Shown piece after piece: positions 40,291-52,923 of a stretch of DNA of 64,000 bases. The stretch comes from Squalus acanthias. Lineage: Eukaryota. Below the pieces are notes generated by a model. The model made no database searches. It was not told the origin of the DNA and saw only the letters and a program-made list of their open reading frames with translations. The number at the start of each line of letters is the position of its first letter. Positions within the stretch are counted from its first letter, which is position 1. The translations under genes were made by a program, and so were the position numbers. Location: positions 150,290,001 through 150,354,000 of the forward strand of contig CM059432.1 of assembly GCA_030390025.1 (NCBI GenBank), read 5' to 3'.

Positions 40291-40859
40291 ATTCACATCA
40301 CTATCTTGCTGCTGTTGACTTCCTCCTGATCTTCCCCCCACCCACCAACCTTATCATTGATAAAACCAATTAATTTCTCAGGAGGCGGGGGGGGGGGGGG
40401 GAGAGAGTCAGGATGCATTCCCCTGTCATACCTCCAATCAATAAATGGTGCTGTATTTGGGATGACTGCTCTTTGAAATAAAGATTTCCCTTTTCCTACC
40501 AATTGATCCTGCAGCATCCCAGATTTCTGAAGACAGCTGAGGCCAAGCAGGATGTGGTACTCGGAGAAAGAGAGAGAGCAAATTACTGGGTCCCAGTTTT
40601 TAGCTTCTTGCTTGCAATGCAGCAAAAGAATTTTGAGTAATTTGTACTTTTTTAATGTTGGAGAAACTATCGGAGGACAAATAAAAACAAACAGAATTGA
40701 GGCAATTTGTCAGAGAAAATCACGATACACAGACACACACACACACACATAGAAAGACACATTTAGACACACACAAACAGACACAAAAAATAGCAGGAAG
40801 CACAAGAGTCTTACAAACTTAGAAAAAGGACAATTAAAATGCAACTTCTGTACACTATC

Positions 40860-42350
40860 ACCTCCATGCAACCTCTTGGGAGAGGCAAAAAAAAGTTAAA
40901 ACCGTAGGCCAATTTAGGAAAAAAAATTCTCTCCAATCCCCGAAGGGAATTAAACAAGCTCCAGGAGACCAGTGCCTAGGTGACACAACTCCCAGTGGCC
41001 CACCTACCTTTGAGATGTAGACGTTTGCCATTCTCAGGAACTCATCCAGCTCACTTTTGAATATTTGCAGCAAATCTGCACTCAACTTATTCCAGAGATT
41101 GACAATTCTGTGAGAATAAGTACCTCGTAGCATCTAACCCACTTCTTTGCTTTCGCAACATACTTATGTCCCCTGGTCCTTCCTAACTTATCTAGCTCGC
41201 TTAGCCTATCTACTTGGACTGAGGGGAAATCCTTTCATTATTTTAAGGAGCTCACTCAAATCTCCGCAAAGTAAAAAGATCCAGCTCCTTTTGCCAATTC
41301 TGATAACAAAGGGCCCTTAAGCTAGGTATCAATCTAGTGGCCTTCCTCTGAACCGTTTCCAGGACTTCTATATCCCCCAACATGCGAGAGGACCAAAGCT
41401 GGGCACAGTATTCTAGGTGTAGCCTGAACGAGGTTTTATACAGAGAAAGGGTAGTGGTTCTTGTTTTATATTTACTTATCCTGACTTTCACAATAGCCTC
41501 GTGGCACTGGTCATAAACCTTCAATGACTCATGCACTATAATCACCAGGCTCCTCTTCTGCTCAGCTGCCTCGGGCACGCAACTCTGCACAGCATCTACT
41601 TGCTTGGTGTTGTCCTTTCCCAAGTGCAGCACCTACATTTATCTATATTAAAAGACATCTGCCAGATACAGATGCATTCCTTCATCACATCTAGATCTGC
41701 CTTCAATCTATTTTTAGAATCTGAGGTCCTTACACTTGCACATATCTCCATGTCATCCTTGAACTTGGATAGTTCTCCCAATGCCTTCATCCAGATCATT
41801 GATAAAGATGGTGAAGAGCAACAGCCCTAACACTGATCCATGCGGGACGCCACTCGAGACCAGCCCCTGTAGAGCCTCTAGAATTAATAACTATCTTCTG
41901 TCCAAGAATGCAGCCAGATCCTTATCCAGCCCAATATATGCCTACCAATCAGACAAAATTTAACCTTGCTTAGTAGCCTTTTGTGCAGCACTTTGTCAAA
42001 GGCTATTTAAAAGTGCTGATACACAATGTCGACCAGATTTCAAACATTCACCAACTTTATAACTTTCTCAAAAAATTCAACAAGTTGGTGAAACAGGATC
42101 TTCTTTTTCAGATTCCTTAACCCCTTCTGTTTTCAGGTGATCATACAGTGCATCTCTAATGATTTCTTCTCGCAACCTGCCTCTAACCAAAGTCAAACTA
42201 ATGGGCCTGTAGTTTCCTGGTTTTGACTTACTGCCCTTTTTAAATATTGGTACGATATAGGCCTCTTGCTAGTCCATGGGACAATCCCAGACCCCAGCGA
42301 GCTATGAAATATATGAGCAAGTGGCTCGCATAGGACAGCCCTCATTTCTT
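40860..42350 (-). mobile_element. Old, decayed CR1-group LINE
   Basis: Fragments RLHLEYCAQLWS, SKFKDD, WQMSFNIDKC and IVNLWNKL. Confidence 0.8.
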
Positions 42351-42863
42351 TGATAGTCAGAGGGCTGAAGGTTGTGGGAGGGATGTCTTGGTGATGGATA
42401 GGATGTGGAATTTGTCACAAAAATGCAGAAGCATGACAGACATGCAGAGACAGAGCCAGAAACCAATACTAAGGTACAGTGGTAATTATAACATCAGAAA
42501 ACAACAAGGACACACTGAAGTCCTGCACAGCCCCCCACCTCCCATCTCCAGTGAAAGGGCATAACTGTTTATCGTTGATTATCGTTGAATTTTCTGATTA
42601 AGATCTGTGCAATGCCTGGAATTAGTAATACAAGTCTTAAATCGTCAACCTTTCGGGTTATGAACCTTAAGTTTATGGAATTATCACAAACCTCAGTATT
42701 TTACTATATAGTAGGAAGAATACACAATTTAACCAGCTATAAAGTATTTTCTTTTTTACCAACATATTTATGACAGATATGCTATTGGTAAAAATAAGCA
42801 GATAGAGTTGCCATATGGTGGTTGTTGGGAGTGACCCCTGATTTAGTCACTGTTTGAGATTGT

Positions 42864-43000
42864 GGGGGGAAACTTTGGCTTCGGTGGCAGCACAAAATGG
42901 TGGTGGCTTCAATGGAAAGGGAAATTGGGCGGGCTGGAAAACGGGCTGCCGATTTGCTATTGGCCATTTTGCGCTACTGCTGACGTTGAATTTCACCCCC
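42864..43000. mobile_element. Short palindromic MITE
   Basis: GGGGGGAAACTT...GCAGCACAAAATGG / CCATTTTGCGCTAC...AATTTCACCCCC imperfect arms. Confidence 0.6.
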
Positions 43001-45379
43001 TGCGAGTCTAAAGTTGGTGAGTACATCTGATCTAAACTGACACCAACCAAAACACAGCTTTCACTGATTCTGCACCAAAAATTGAGAGACGGCATAGTTA
43101 TGAGGGGTGAGGTGAAAGTTATATTTAATTTTATGTTAAAATATTGAGCATTAAGTAGCTGCACACTGAAAACTGAAAAACAAAAAATGCAACTAAAAAA
43201 ACAATCTGCCGTGCACAAAGATACTGGACTTCCCCATTCGCTCCCCTATCTTCATGAAAAAACGTTTGCCAAACCTTTCCCGTTTGTTTCCAAACACATG
43301 TGAAAATGCATTGCAATGTCACCTATGGATGATGCCATTGTGATGAAAATTATGCAGTTTTTTTCCCCGTTTTCAATAAAAAGGGATGCATATGAAAAAA
43401 GGGGTTTTGAAATCATTCCAATAGACTGCAATCAGCATATCCTTATAAGCAATTTCATAGGTTCTTGCAACTCAAAGAGACATGACTTTCAGATATCAAG
43501 AACTTTGTCCAGAGAAAAAGCATAAACTTCACTTTGTTGCCAAAACTTACAAGATATTCAGCAAGGTAGGAGACAGTACAAGATCTGGGAGAAGAATTTC
43601 AGGGTTGAAGTAATTTGATCTACAATTTGGCTAAATGTACATATAGTCCCCAAGCATATACAGATGAGGTTAATTTAACTGAAGGTACTCCACAGATTCT
43701 ATTATACAGTGCACACACTGGTTAAACTGCGCAACAAACCAAAAGGTACATGTTGGCATTATGGTTACCACACTGTCCCAAATGTTTTCACAACTGGGAA
43801 GCAGTTGTATTCAAGGATGGCCATTGACAAATGAAGAACTGGCATTTGACTCGGGACAAAAGTAAAAAATTAGGAAGTTAAAAATAAGAAAAAATCAGAT
43901 GCAACTTTTTCATCAAAAAGGATAATGCAGTTACTTACAGCTGGGGGGGTGGGAATTGAAGTGTGCAAGAGGCAATTGGCTGCATTTGCAGAGAGAATCG
44001 ATTGGACGCTTTAGTGAGAAAATAGATAATTGGAGCAAGGTGTGAACTTGGATATATTTTCCTTTCCTGTTCATAAAAAAAAGCTACATTCTTATTCTAT
44101 AACATGCAAAAGTTGGGACTCTACCAATGGATTTGGGAAGGAACGAGTGCAGGGTTGAGGGGATGAAGACCTGCTACTGAGTAAGATGACCCATCCCTTG
44201 AAGCATGCTCGTTGAGGGTAGAGTCTGAATGCTCCTTCTGGAGTTGGATCAGGGAGAGGGAATACAAAGAAGGAAGAGTGGAATTATATTGAAGATGGTT
44301 TGGAACACTGATGTTTTACATGTTGAGCTGTTTGCAATATTGTTTGTTTTTCTTTTGTTGACAGTTCAAAGGGTCAGCAATATTTTTGCGAAGATTGCAT
44401 CCTTTAAAAAATATGAAGTCATAGTTGTCATTATGTTCTTCAGTGACAATCTCACAAAATGAAGCCACTTGCCAAATTTAAAAATATGAAAACATTTTAG
44501 TTATTGAACAAATAGTTCTCCTCTAGCCTGTACAATCTGAACATTCATAAAATGATTATTTTTCACCGACAGCAGAACTAGCACATCGAGGTTCAAAAAA
44601 CAATGTGCTTCTAGACACATAATTGAATACACAATTATTCTAGCACTCCCATTTTTGATAAGACCCCAAAGACTGATCAGGTGAACCCAATAATCAGTTT
44701 TGGTGGATGTTCAACAGCTTAGATTACAAAACATTATCAAAGCTTACAGACACGCAAATGGAACACATCAACAGTTCTCACCAAATGTTTATTTTTTTTA
44801 AAGCGGAATGACTAACAAGGAGTCATACTCGGGTACGGATGCTGTGGACAAACAGACAGACGGATAGAACCACAGCAGGTACAGCTAAAGCTTCAGCAGT
44901 ATGAAACACTAGAGCTCCGCATTTTCAGTTGTGTTTGTGGAGAAAAATTCCCAGGAATTTCTCAGTAATTACTTTGGACTGTTCAAAAGTAGGTAAAGAA
45001 AATACAAAAGATAAAGTTCAGTGGAAATAAAAAAAATGATGTACAGTTAAAGAAGAAACAATGTTAACTCTTCTATAGTGTGTGTGTGTATGTGTGCGTG
45101 TGTAAAAAGCCAATAATGTATTTCATTTAGACTCCTTAACTGATTTCCTCTTTTTATTAATAAAATACACCACTATTTATGTACATTTTAAAATTTTCTG
45201 GTCATCTATCTTTCGGAACTAAATTGGTAACATAAGCTCTCTAAAATGCAAACTCTTTTCATGCTGCAGTAAAAAAACACAGTTGGAAATCAGAGGGGAA
45301 AAAAGTATACAGTTACAAGAGGCATACTGGTTATCAATTATATTTTCTCCTGGACTTTTGGTTTCCTAATGTGTGAAGC

Positions 45380-48300
45380 TCATTTACCAACTGTCCTTAA
45401 GATGAGGCTTGTTTGAGAATATACGATCAATGTCAGCAAAACCAGCCAACATATAGAGATGTTGGAAAGCGATGTGGCTAAGGTTTGGAAGCGCAATTAA
45501 TTGCAACTGCCAGAAGTCTAATGTAGAAATGCCATCATCCAAGGCTGGCATTCCCATCTGAGCAGTAAATTCATCACTGAGTTTTCCTTCCTCCTCAAGA
45601 GTTGCAACAGGACAGAACACTCACTGGTATTGTTGGTGTCGGCATTAATGTTCGTTTTGTAGGTGTCGACTAGTGGTGTGACATTCCAAAAGATGTTATC
45701 AGCATGAACAATTATGAATTCATATTTTGAGCTATGGTGGCTTCCTGTTTGTCATGGAAGGTGTTGCAGAATCTACAATACAGAAATTACCTCTCTTTGG
45801 TCTTCTTTAGGTAGTATTTCAATGAAGAGTTGGATTTTGTTGACACATTCCCAATTTTCTTCCTTGGAATGTAACTCAGCATTCAATTTGAACATCAAGA
45901 AACAGACCCTATCATGCTGGGGAAATCCATAATGTTGGTGAGGGAGTCTATCAGCTGCTTCTTCATAATTGCCAGGATGAAAGATGTTCCACCAGGAAGT
46001 CCATTTTCCATCTGGAACTCTGGCTCTGTCCTACTTTTCCACCCAGCTCCTTGAGAATATCTACTTTTGACCCACTAAATTACAGACTACCCAAAAGGTA
46101 CACCAATACATTCCATGCATTGACAACTTGGTTGGCAGCCTTGTAGAGATTCATCCAGTGGTGTGGGACAACTGTTGGATGAGACTGTATTCGCGATGTG
46201 TTTGGCTCCTTACATCATGAGCATGTCTAAACCTCAAAGCTAATCAGAAAGAACTCGACACCATTCAGTCCTTCAGTGGAGGTTGCTGCATTTCCAGTGG
46301 AGGAGGCAAGCTCAAAGAGAATCTGGCTTCACATTGAGTTTTATTTCTCATGTATATTTTGCCATGTATACCGTGCTGAACATCACTACTTGTTCCTGCA
46401 TCAAACCATAGCGATGTCAAATGCAACTGCTCACCAGCTCAGTAAGAGATGATGGAAATGAAACATTTACACAAACCTTTGTCACCACAACAATTAAAGG
46501 GAGAGAAAAGAAACAAATAAAAGAATGATCCAAAGAATGCTGAGATCACAGAAGCCAGTCTTCGGCCAATTCGATTCAAGAAACAGCTGAGCGCACTGGA
46601 TACAGCAAAGGCTATGGGCCCCGACACAATCTCGGCTGTAGTGCTGAATTTTTGTGCTCCAGAACTAGCCGTGCCTCTAGCCAAGCTGTTCCAGTACAAC
46701 ACTGGCATCTATCTGACAATGTGGAAAATTGCCCAGGTATGTCCTGTCCACAAAAAGCAGGACAAATGCAATCCGGCCAATTACTGCCCCATCAGCCTAC
46801 TCTCAATCATCAGCAAAGTGATGGAAGGTGTCATCGACAGTGCTATCAAGCGGCACTTACTCACCAATAACCTGCTCACTGATGCCCAGTTTGGGTTCCG
46901 CCAAGACTACTGAGCTCCAGACCGCATTACAGCCTTGGTCGAAACATGGACAAAAGAGCTGAATTCCAGAGGTGAGGTGAGAGTGACTGCCCTTGACATC
47001 AAGGCAGCATTTGACCGAGTGTGGCATCAAGGAGCCCGAGTAAAATTGAAGTCAATGGGAATCGGGGGAATGCTCTCCACTGGCTAGAGTAATACCTAGC
47101 ACAAAGGAAGATGGTTGTGGTTGTTGGAGGCCAAACATCTCAGCCCCAGGACATCGCTGCAGGAGTTCCTCAGGGCAGTGTCCTAGGCCCAAGCCATCTT
47201 CAGCAGCTTCATCACTGACCTTCCCGCCATCATAAGTTCAGAAGTGGGGATGTTCGCTGATAATGAAGCAGTCCATGCCCGCATACAGCAAGACCTGGAC
47301 AACATTCAGGCTTGGGCTGATAAGCAGCAAGTAACATTCACACCACACAAGTGCCAGGCAATGACCATCTCCAATAAGAGAGAGTCTAGCCACCTCCCCA
47401 TGACATTCAATGGCATTACCATCGCCGAATCCCCCACCATCAACATCCTGGGGGGGGGTCGCCATTGACCAGAAACTTAACTGGACCAGCCACATAAATA
47501 ATGTGGCAACAAGAGCAGGTCAGAGGCTAGGTATTCTGTTGAGAGTGACTCACCTCCTGACTCACCAAAGCCTTTCCACCATCTACAAGGCACAAGTCAG
47601 GAGTGTGATGGAATACTCTCCACTTGCTTGGATGAGTGCAGCTCCAACAACACTCAAGAAGCTTGAGGACAAAGCAGCCTTGATTGGCACCTCATCCACT
47701 ACCTTAAACATTCACTCCCTCCACCACCAGTGCACCGTGGCTGCAGTGTGTACCATCTACAAGATGCACTGCAGCAACTCGCCAAGGCTTCTTCAACACG
47801 ACAGCACCTCCCAAACCCGTGACCTCTACCACCTAGAAAGACAGGGGCAGCAGGCGCATGGGAACACCACCACCTCCAAGATCCCCTCCAAGTCACACAC
47901 CATCCTAACTTGGAAGTATTTCGCCATTCCTTCATCGTCGCTGGGTCAAAATCCTGGAACACCCTCCCTAACAGCACTGTGGGAGTACCTTCACCACACG
48001 GACTGCAGCGGTTCACCACCACCTTCTCAAGGGCAATTAGGGATGGGCAATAAATGCTGGCCTTGCCAGCGATACCCACATCCCATGAATGAATTTTAAA
48101 AAATTCAAACAGAATGTTTGACACAAAAATTTCCTTCAATGCATCCCAATATCTTTACAATCAACACACTGCCACTCTCAGCTGGTACTTAGGCTTTAGA
48201 TTGCTTGCATTAGGAAGGATGTTTGCACCAACGCAATACTTCTGCATGAAGTTGCCAATGGGTCGTTCAGCTACATACAGAAATTGTACAGCATAGCGCA

Positions 48301-48620
48301 GTGCATGACCAAACCCTCCCTGTAGTGCCCTCATTTCTCTCTTTCCATGGCATGGGAGAGAGAAGCTGCATGCCTCAACCTTTCCAAGCTTTAAGCCTCA
48401 GTTTGGCTTGTCACTTGCTGGGGAAATGTTCCCTGATTTTATCTGATCTGCAGTCAACTTGAAGGGAACAAAATCTGCAGGTGAGTGCCTCTTCTCCCTT
48501 GATCTCTCTTCTTCCTTGACCAGATTTCTTGCGTGCTCCAGAATTGCCTGTGTTCTCGTGCACATAGGGCTCTGTAACCTTTTGTTTGCTTTCCATGGTA
48601 GCCAGGAGCTGACCAAAGTA
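45380..48620 (-). pseudogene. Highly decayed hAT-like transposase fossil, interrupted by a LINE
   Basis: C-terminal TLDFW...LPNLSHIA..HL......ADIDRIFS (45384-45620) resembles the hAT dimerisation motif; N-terminal LTCRFCSLQVD...IREH (48411-48644) resembles a BED-type zinc finger. No TIRs were identified. Confidence 0.6.
46545..48100 (+). mobile_element. 5'-truncated non-LTR retrotransposon (CR1/L2 group, distinct family)
   Basis: [44 protein letters not shown] and VRSVMEYS motifs; AATAAA followed by an ATGAATGAAT tail. Confidence 0.88.
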
Positions 48621-48886
48621 ATTATACTTCAGAAATGGGTACAAAGAGAAAATGTGAGGTCACTGTGATCAGTATTTCAGCTCTCAGCTCAAAAAAAATG
48701 GGTTTTTAATTGAAAAATAAAACAAGGAAAAAAATTCAGTTGAAAATTGGGAGAACAACAAACGTAGAAAAACATGACTCTTGGGCAGGAGAAAAATCGA
48801 TAAGAACCAACAACACGGAGCTCTGTGAATTACATATGTTAAAAAAACTAAAATTGAATTTGGTAACAGTAGCATTGAAGCCATAC

Positions 48887-48976
48887 CTGATTCTCTGGAG
48901 TGGTTTCTGTTGGCAGAGGCAGATTAGATTCTTCACAAACGGCAAGACTTCTCACCAGTTTACCTTTGGCTCCTGA
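48887..48976 (-). CDS. ARPP21: ARPP21-like coding exon 3 (SGAKGKLVRSLAVCEESNLPLPTETTPENQ)
   Basis: cctctcag|TCAGGA...AATCAG|gtatgg, 90 nt, phase 0/0. Contains the KL.RSLAVCEES motif of ARPP21/R3HDM proteins. Confidence 0.93.
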
Positions 48977-49699
48977 CTGAGAGGCACAGAAAAAGTGATC
49001 ATATTATTGGTCACAAGTACTTTGGAAACATCCACATACATCAATTATATTACAACCTACATAAAAGACAACAGAGATTTGCCATGAAATAAACTGTAAA
49101 ATCCCTTTTTACCTACATTTGGCATTTCTTGAATAAAACATCTCACCAACATTCTGAGCACATCACAACAAGCCAACGGTGTGGCATGTAGCTCCGATAA
49201 AGCAAGGTTACTGATCATATTTCTAATTCAGTAAAAAGAATGAATAATGCAAATCTAAGATGTTGTTTTCTAATTAAAAGTTAAATGAAGTAGCACCTGA
49301 AAAAATAAGGAAATCAAACATTGCCTCGACTACCCTCTGGGAACCTCCTGCAGCACACAGAAAATGTACAGTACATCACACAGGTCTATTATTTAGACCA
49401 CCAGCACTAAAATCAACATCAACAGTAGCTGAACATACTGAAAGTGACACAATCAAGCCTCAAACCTAAGATCTGAATTCTACATTTTTTTTGTTTCAAA
49501 TATTTGCTAAAAGGTCGGATTTAAATTTAGAATCACCCAAGACCTAACCCTTTACAAATTGGCATTCCAATCTTAAATGATTAAGATTATCTGATTTTCC
49601 TCTGGTTTAAGTTTAGGGATAAAGTAAACATGAACACAGATAACCAAGACTGGTCGAAAGCAGTAATGAAAATTTTCATCACACACCGAGTATTATGCC

Positions 49700-50170
49700 C
49701 ATCCTAAAATGTGAGCAGGGAAAGACTCTTTCCTCTGGTTGGGGCATCAGTGACAAGGGGTCATCAATTTAAAACTGTCACTAAGAGAGTTAGAAGAATT
49801 ACCACAGAGTAGTTGAGACAGAGGCCACAGTGTCTTTTAAGAAAATATAAGAACATAAGAAATAGGAGGAGGAGTAGGCCATTCGGCCCCTCGAGCCTGC
49901 TCCGCCATTCAATAAGATCATGGCTGATCTGATCTTGGCCTCAACTCCACTTTTCTGCCTGTTCCACCTAACCCCTGTAGTTCAAAAATCTGTCGATCTC
50001 AGCCTTGAATATATTCTATGACTCAGCCATATTTGAAGCAGGAGGACGATACAGGGCTATGGGGAAGAGAATGGAGAAGTGGGATTAGTTCTGAATGCCT
50101 CTAGCAAAGATTCAGCACAGATGTGACGGGCCGAATGGCCTCCTCCCGTGCTGTAAATTTCTCTGGTTCT
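49700..50170. mobile_element. CR1 3'-end fragments; a minus-strand 3' end (~49845-50030) lies within an older plus-strand one
   Basis: AAGAACATAAGAAATAGGAGGAGGAGTAGGCCATTCGGCCCC... is the reverse complement of a CR1 tail; GGGCCGAATGGCCTCC tail at ~50130. Confidence 0.7.
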
Positions 50171-50382
50171 AGGTGAGAGCAGATTGGTGGGGACTTTTTT
50201 TTTGTTGAGCATTGTTAAAGATTTTTCCTGAGAAACACGTGCAAGTTCTTTCTTTCAAACTGTGTGGAAAGAGAGGTGGGAGAGAGGGATATAAACAAAA
50301 AGATAGTTCTGAACTCATGTTGAGAACTGCTGTTAGTTGCTCAAAGAAAGTGGAAGGTTTTGAACTATCAGCACAGTTATAT

Positions 50383-52923
50383 AATAAAAACCAGAGAACG
50401 TACCAGGCAGCATCTGTGGAGAGAGAAACAGAGTTAACGTTTCAGGTCGATGACCCTTTGTCAGAACTGGAAAAAGTTGGAGATGGAACAGGTTTTTAAG
50501 CAAGTGCAGGGGCAGGGAAAGGGGGGAGGAGAGGAAAGAACAAAAGGGAAGGTCTGTGATAGGGTGGAAGGCAGGAGAGATTAAAAGACAAAAGGGATGA
50601 TGGTGCAAGGCAAAAGGAGATGGTAATGGGACAAGTTAAGAAATAAAAGATGAGTCTGGATGAGGTGTAAATGGAAATGGCAGAATCATCAACAGCTGCC
50701 ATGTGAGAGAAAAAAAATAGGGGCAGAGGTGGCGGAAATGGCGGAGGATGATACGTTGAATGTGGAGGCTGGTGGGAGCAGAAGTGCGGGAAATAGAACG
50801 GACACGGTCGAGGGCCATATCACAACATTCACTATAAGCCCACTGACTCCCACAGTTACCTGGACTACACTTCCTCCCACCCCGCTTCCTGTAAGGACTC
50901 TATTCCATTCTCTCAGTTTCTCCGTCGCATCTGCTCTGACGATGCCACCTTCCATACTAGTGTTCCCGATATGACTTCCTTTTTCCTCAACCGAGGATTC
51001 TGCTCTACCGTGGTTGACACGGCTCTCGACCGTGTCCGTTCTATTTCCCGCACTTCTGCTCTTACCCTTTCCCCTGCCTCCCAGAAACACAATAGGGTTC
51101 CCCTTGTCCTCACCTTTCACCCCACCAGCCTCCACATTCAACGGATCATCCTCCGTCATTTCCGCCACCTCCAGCGTGATCCCACCACCAAACACATCTT
51201 CCCCTCCCCTTTCAGCATTCCGAAGGGACCGCTCCCTCTGCAACACCCTGGTCCACTCCTCAATCACCCCCAACACCTGTTCACCTTCCCACGGCACCTT
51301 CCCGTGCAAGTGCAGGAGATGCAACACCTGCCCTTTTACCTCCTCCCTACCCACTGTCCAGGGCCCCAAACACTCCTTCCAGGTGAAACAGCGATTTACT
51401 TGTACTTCTTGTAATTTAGTATACTGTATTCGCTGCTCACGATATGGTCTCCTCTACATTAGGGAGACCAAATGCAGATTGGGTGACCGCTTTGCGGAAC
51501 ACCTCCATTCAGTCCGTAAGGGTGACCCCGAGCTTCCGGTCACCTGTCACTTTAATTCTTCGCTCCACCCCCACTCTGACCTCACCATCCTCGGCCTCTT
51601 ACACTGTTCCAATGAAGCTCAATGTAAGCACTTTCGATTAGGAACTTTAAAGCCTTCTGGACTCAACATCAAGTTCAACAATTTCAGACCAAAACCTCTG
51701 CCCCTATTTTTTTTCCGCATGGCAGCTGTTGATGATTCTGCCACTCCCATTTACACCTCATCTAGACTCATCTTTTGTTTCTTAACTTGTCCCATTACCA
51801 TCTCCTTTTGTCTTGCACCATCAACACTTTTGTTTTTTTTATCTCTCCTGCCTTCCATCCCATCACATACCTTCCCTTCTGTTTTTTCCTCCTCTCCCCC
51901 CTTTACCTGCCCCTGCACTTGCTTACAGATCTGTTACATCTCTAACTTTTTCCTGTTCTGACGAAGGGTCATCAACCTGAAACGTTCTGGGGAATATTGC
52001 CAGCCCTGGGGAGGTGGATTTGGAGGCGGGACTGCCGGGCAAATGGCAGAATCTGGGGGCGGGTACCCATCCCGCTCCCGTGCCATCTTCCCAGGAGGCG
52101 GATAGCCGACCCGCGCTGGGAGCCGCCTCCCCGAGGCTGGAAGGGGATTAGTGTCAATTAACTGCCTGTTAACAGGTAGTTAACAGGCAGTTTTTTGGAT
52201 AATCCCTATTTTGCCACATAAAGTGTGGGCTTCCCGATGGCTCCGAACCTCGCCAGGGTCAGCGAGGCGGGCCGTCGGTCTGCGGGGGTCGGAGGGGCCG
52301 AGATATCTGGTGTGCAGGTGAGTGATGGGTGCATGTGTGGAGAGGTAAGTGTGTGAGGTGTGTGTAAAGTGTTTTAATAAGTTTTACTTACCTTTACTTC
52401 TTCCTGCAGGCTTCCTCCCTTCAGGTCTCGGGAGTCCCTCAGCTCACCGGCACAGAAAGCAGAATGGCCGCTGAACTGTCAAAAGCTGCAGCCTTCTGCT
52501 TTCTGCTCAGGAGAGCTCTCTAATTGAGTCTGAGTGGCAGGACTGAACTTACAGGACAGATTGTCAGTGTTTGACAGCTTCACAGAGCCGTCAAACGCTG
52601 ACATTTCATCTGTCAAAAGCTCTTGACAGATGAAACGTCACTCGCTGACGTCACCTGTAACCGGCTTTCCCTTAATTGGCCTGCTAGACCCGCTGGGGTC
52701 TAATGAAGGTTAATGAAGGGGAAATAGCGTGGGTTGGCCACAAGTTGATGGAGGCGGGACTAAAACCTGACAAGTGGGAGTCCCGCCTCCAAAAGCTCCC
52801 CATTGACAAAATCCAGCCCATTAATTCTATTTCTCTCTCCACAGATGCTGCCTGACTTACTGAGTATTTCCAGCATTTTCTGTTTTTATTTCAGATTTCC
52901 AGCATCCGCAGTATTTTGCTTTG
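50383..52923 (+). mobile_element. Penelope-like element, 5'-truncated with inverted 5' pseudo-LTR; GIY-YIG region in 51014-51961
   Basis: NLVYCIRCSRYGLLYIRETKCRLGDRFAEHL; same family as 17272-21672; the 3' pseudo-LTR is split by a MITE. Confidence 0.9.
51987..52819. mobile_element. Harbinger-type MITE inserted in the Penelope hammerhead
   Basis: Pseudo-LTR sequence breaks after GAAACGTT (51986) and resumes at ~52820; right end GACAAAATCCAGCCC, degenerate left TIR, GTT/ATT flanks. Confidence 0.75.
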
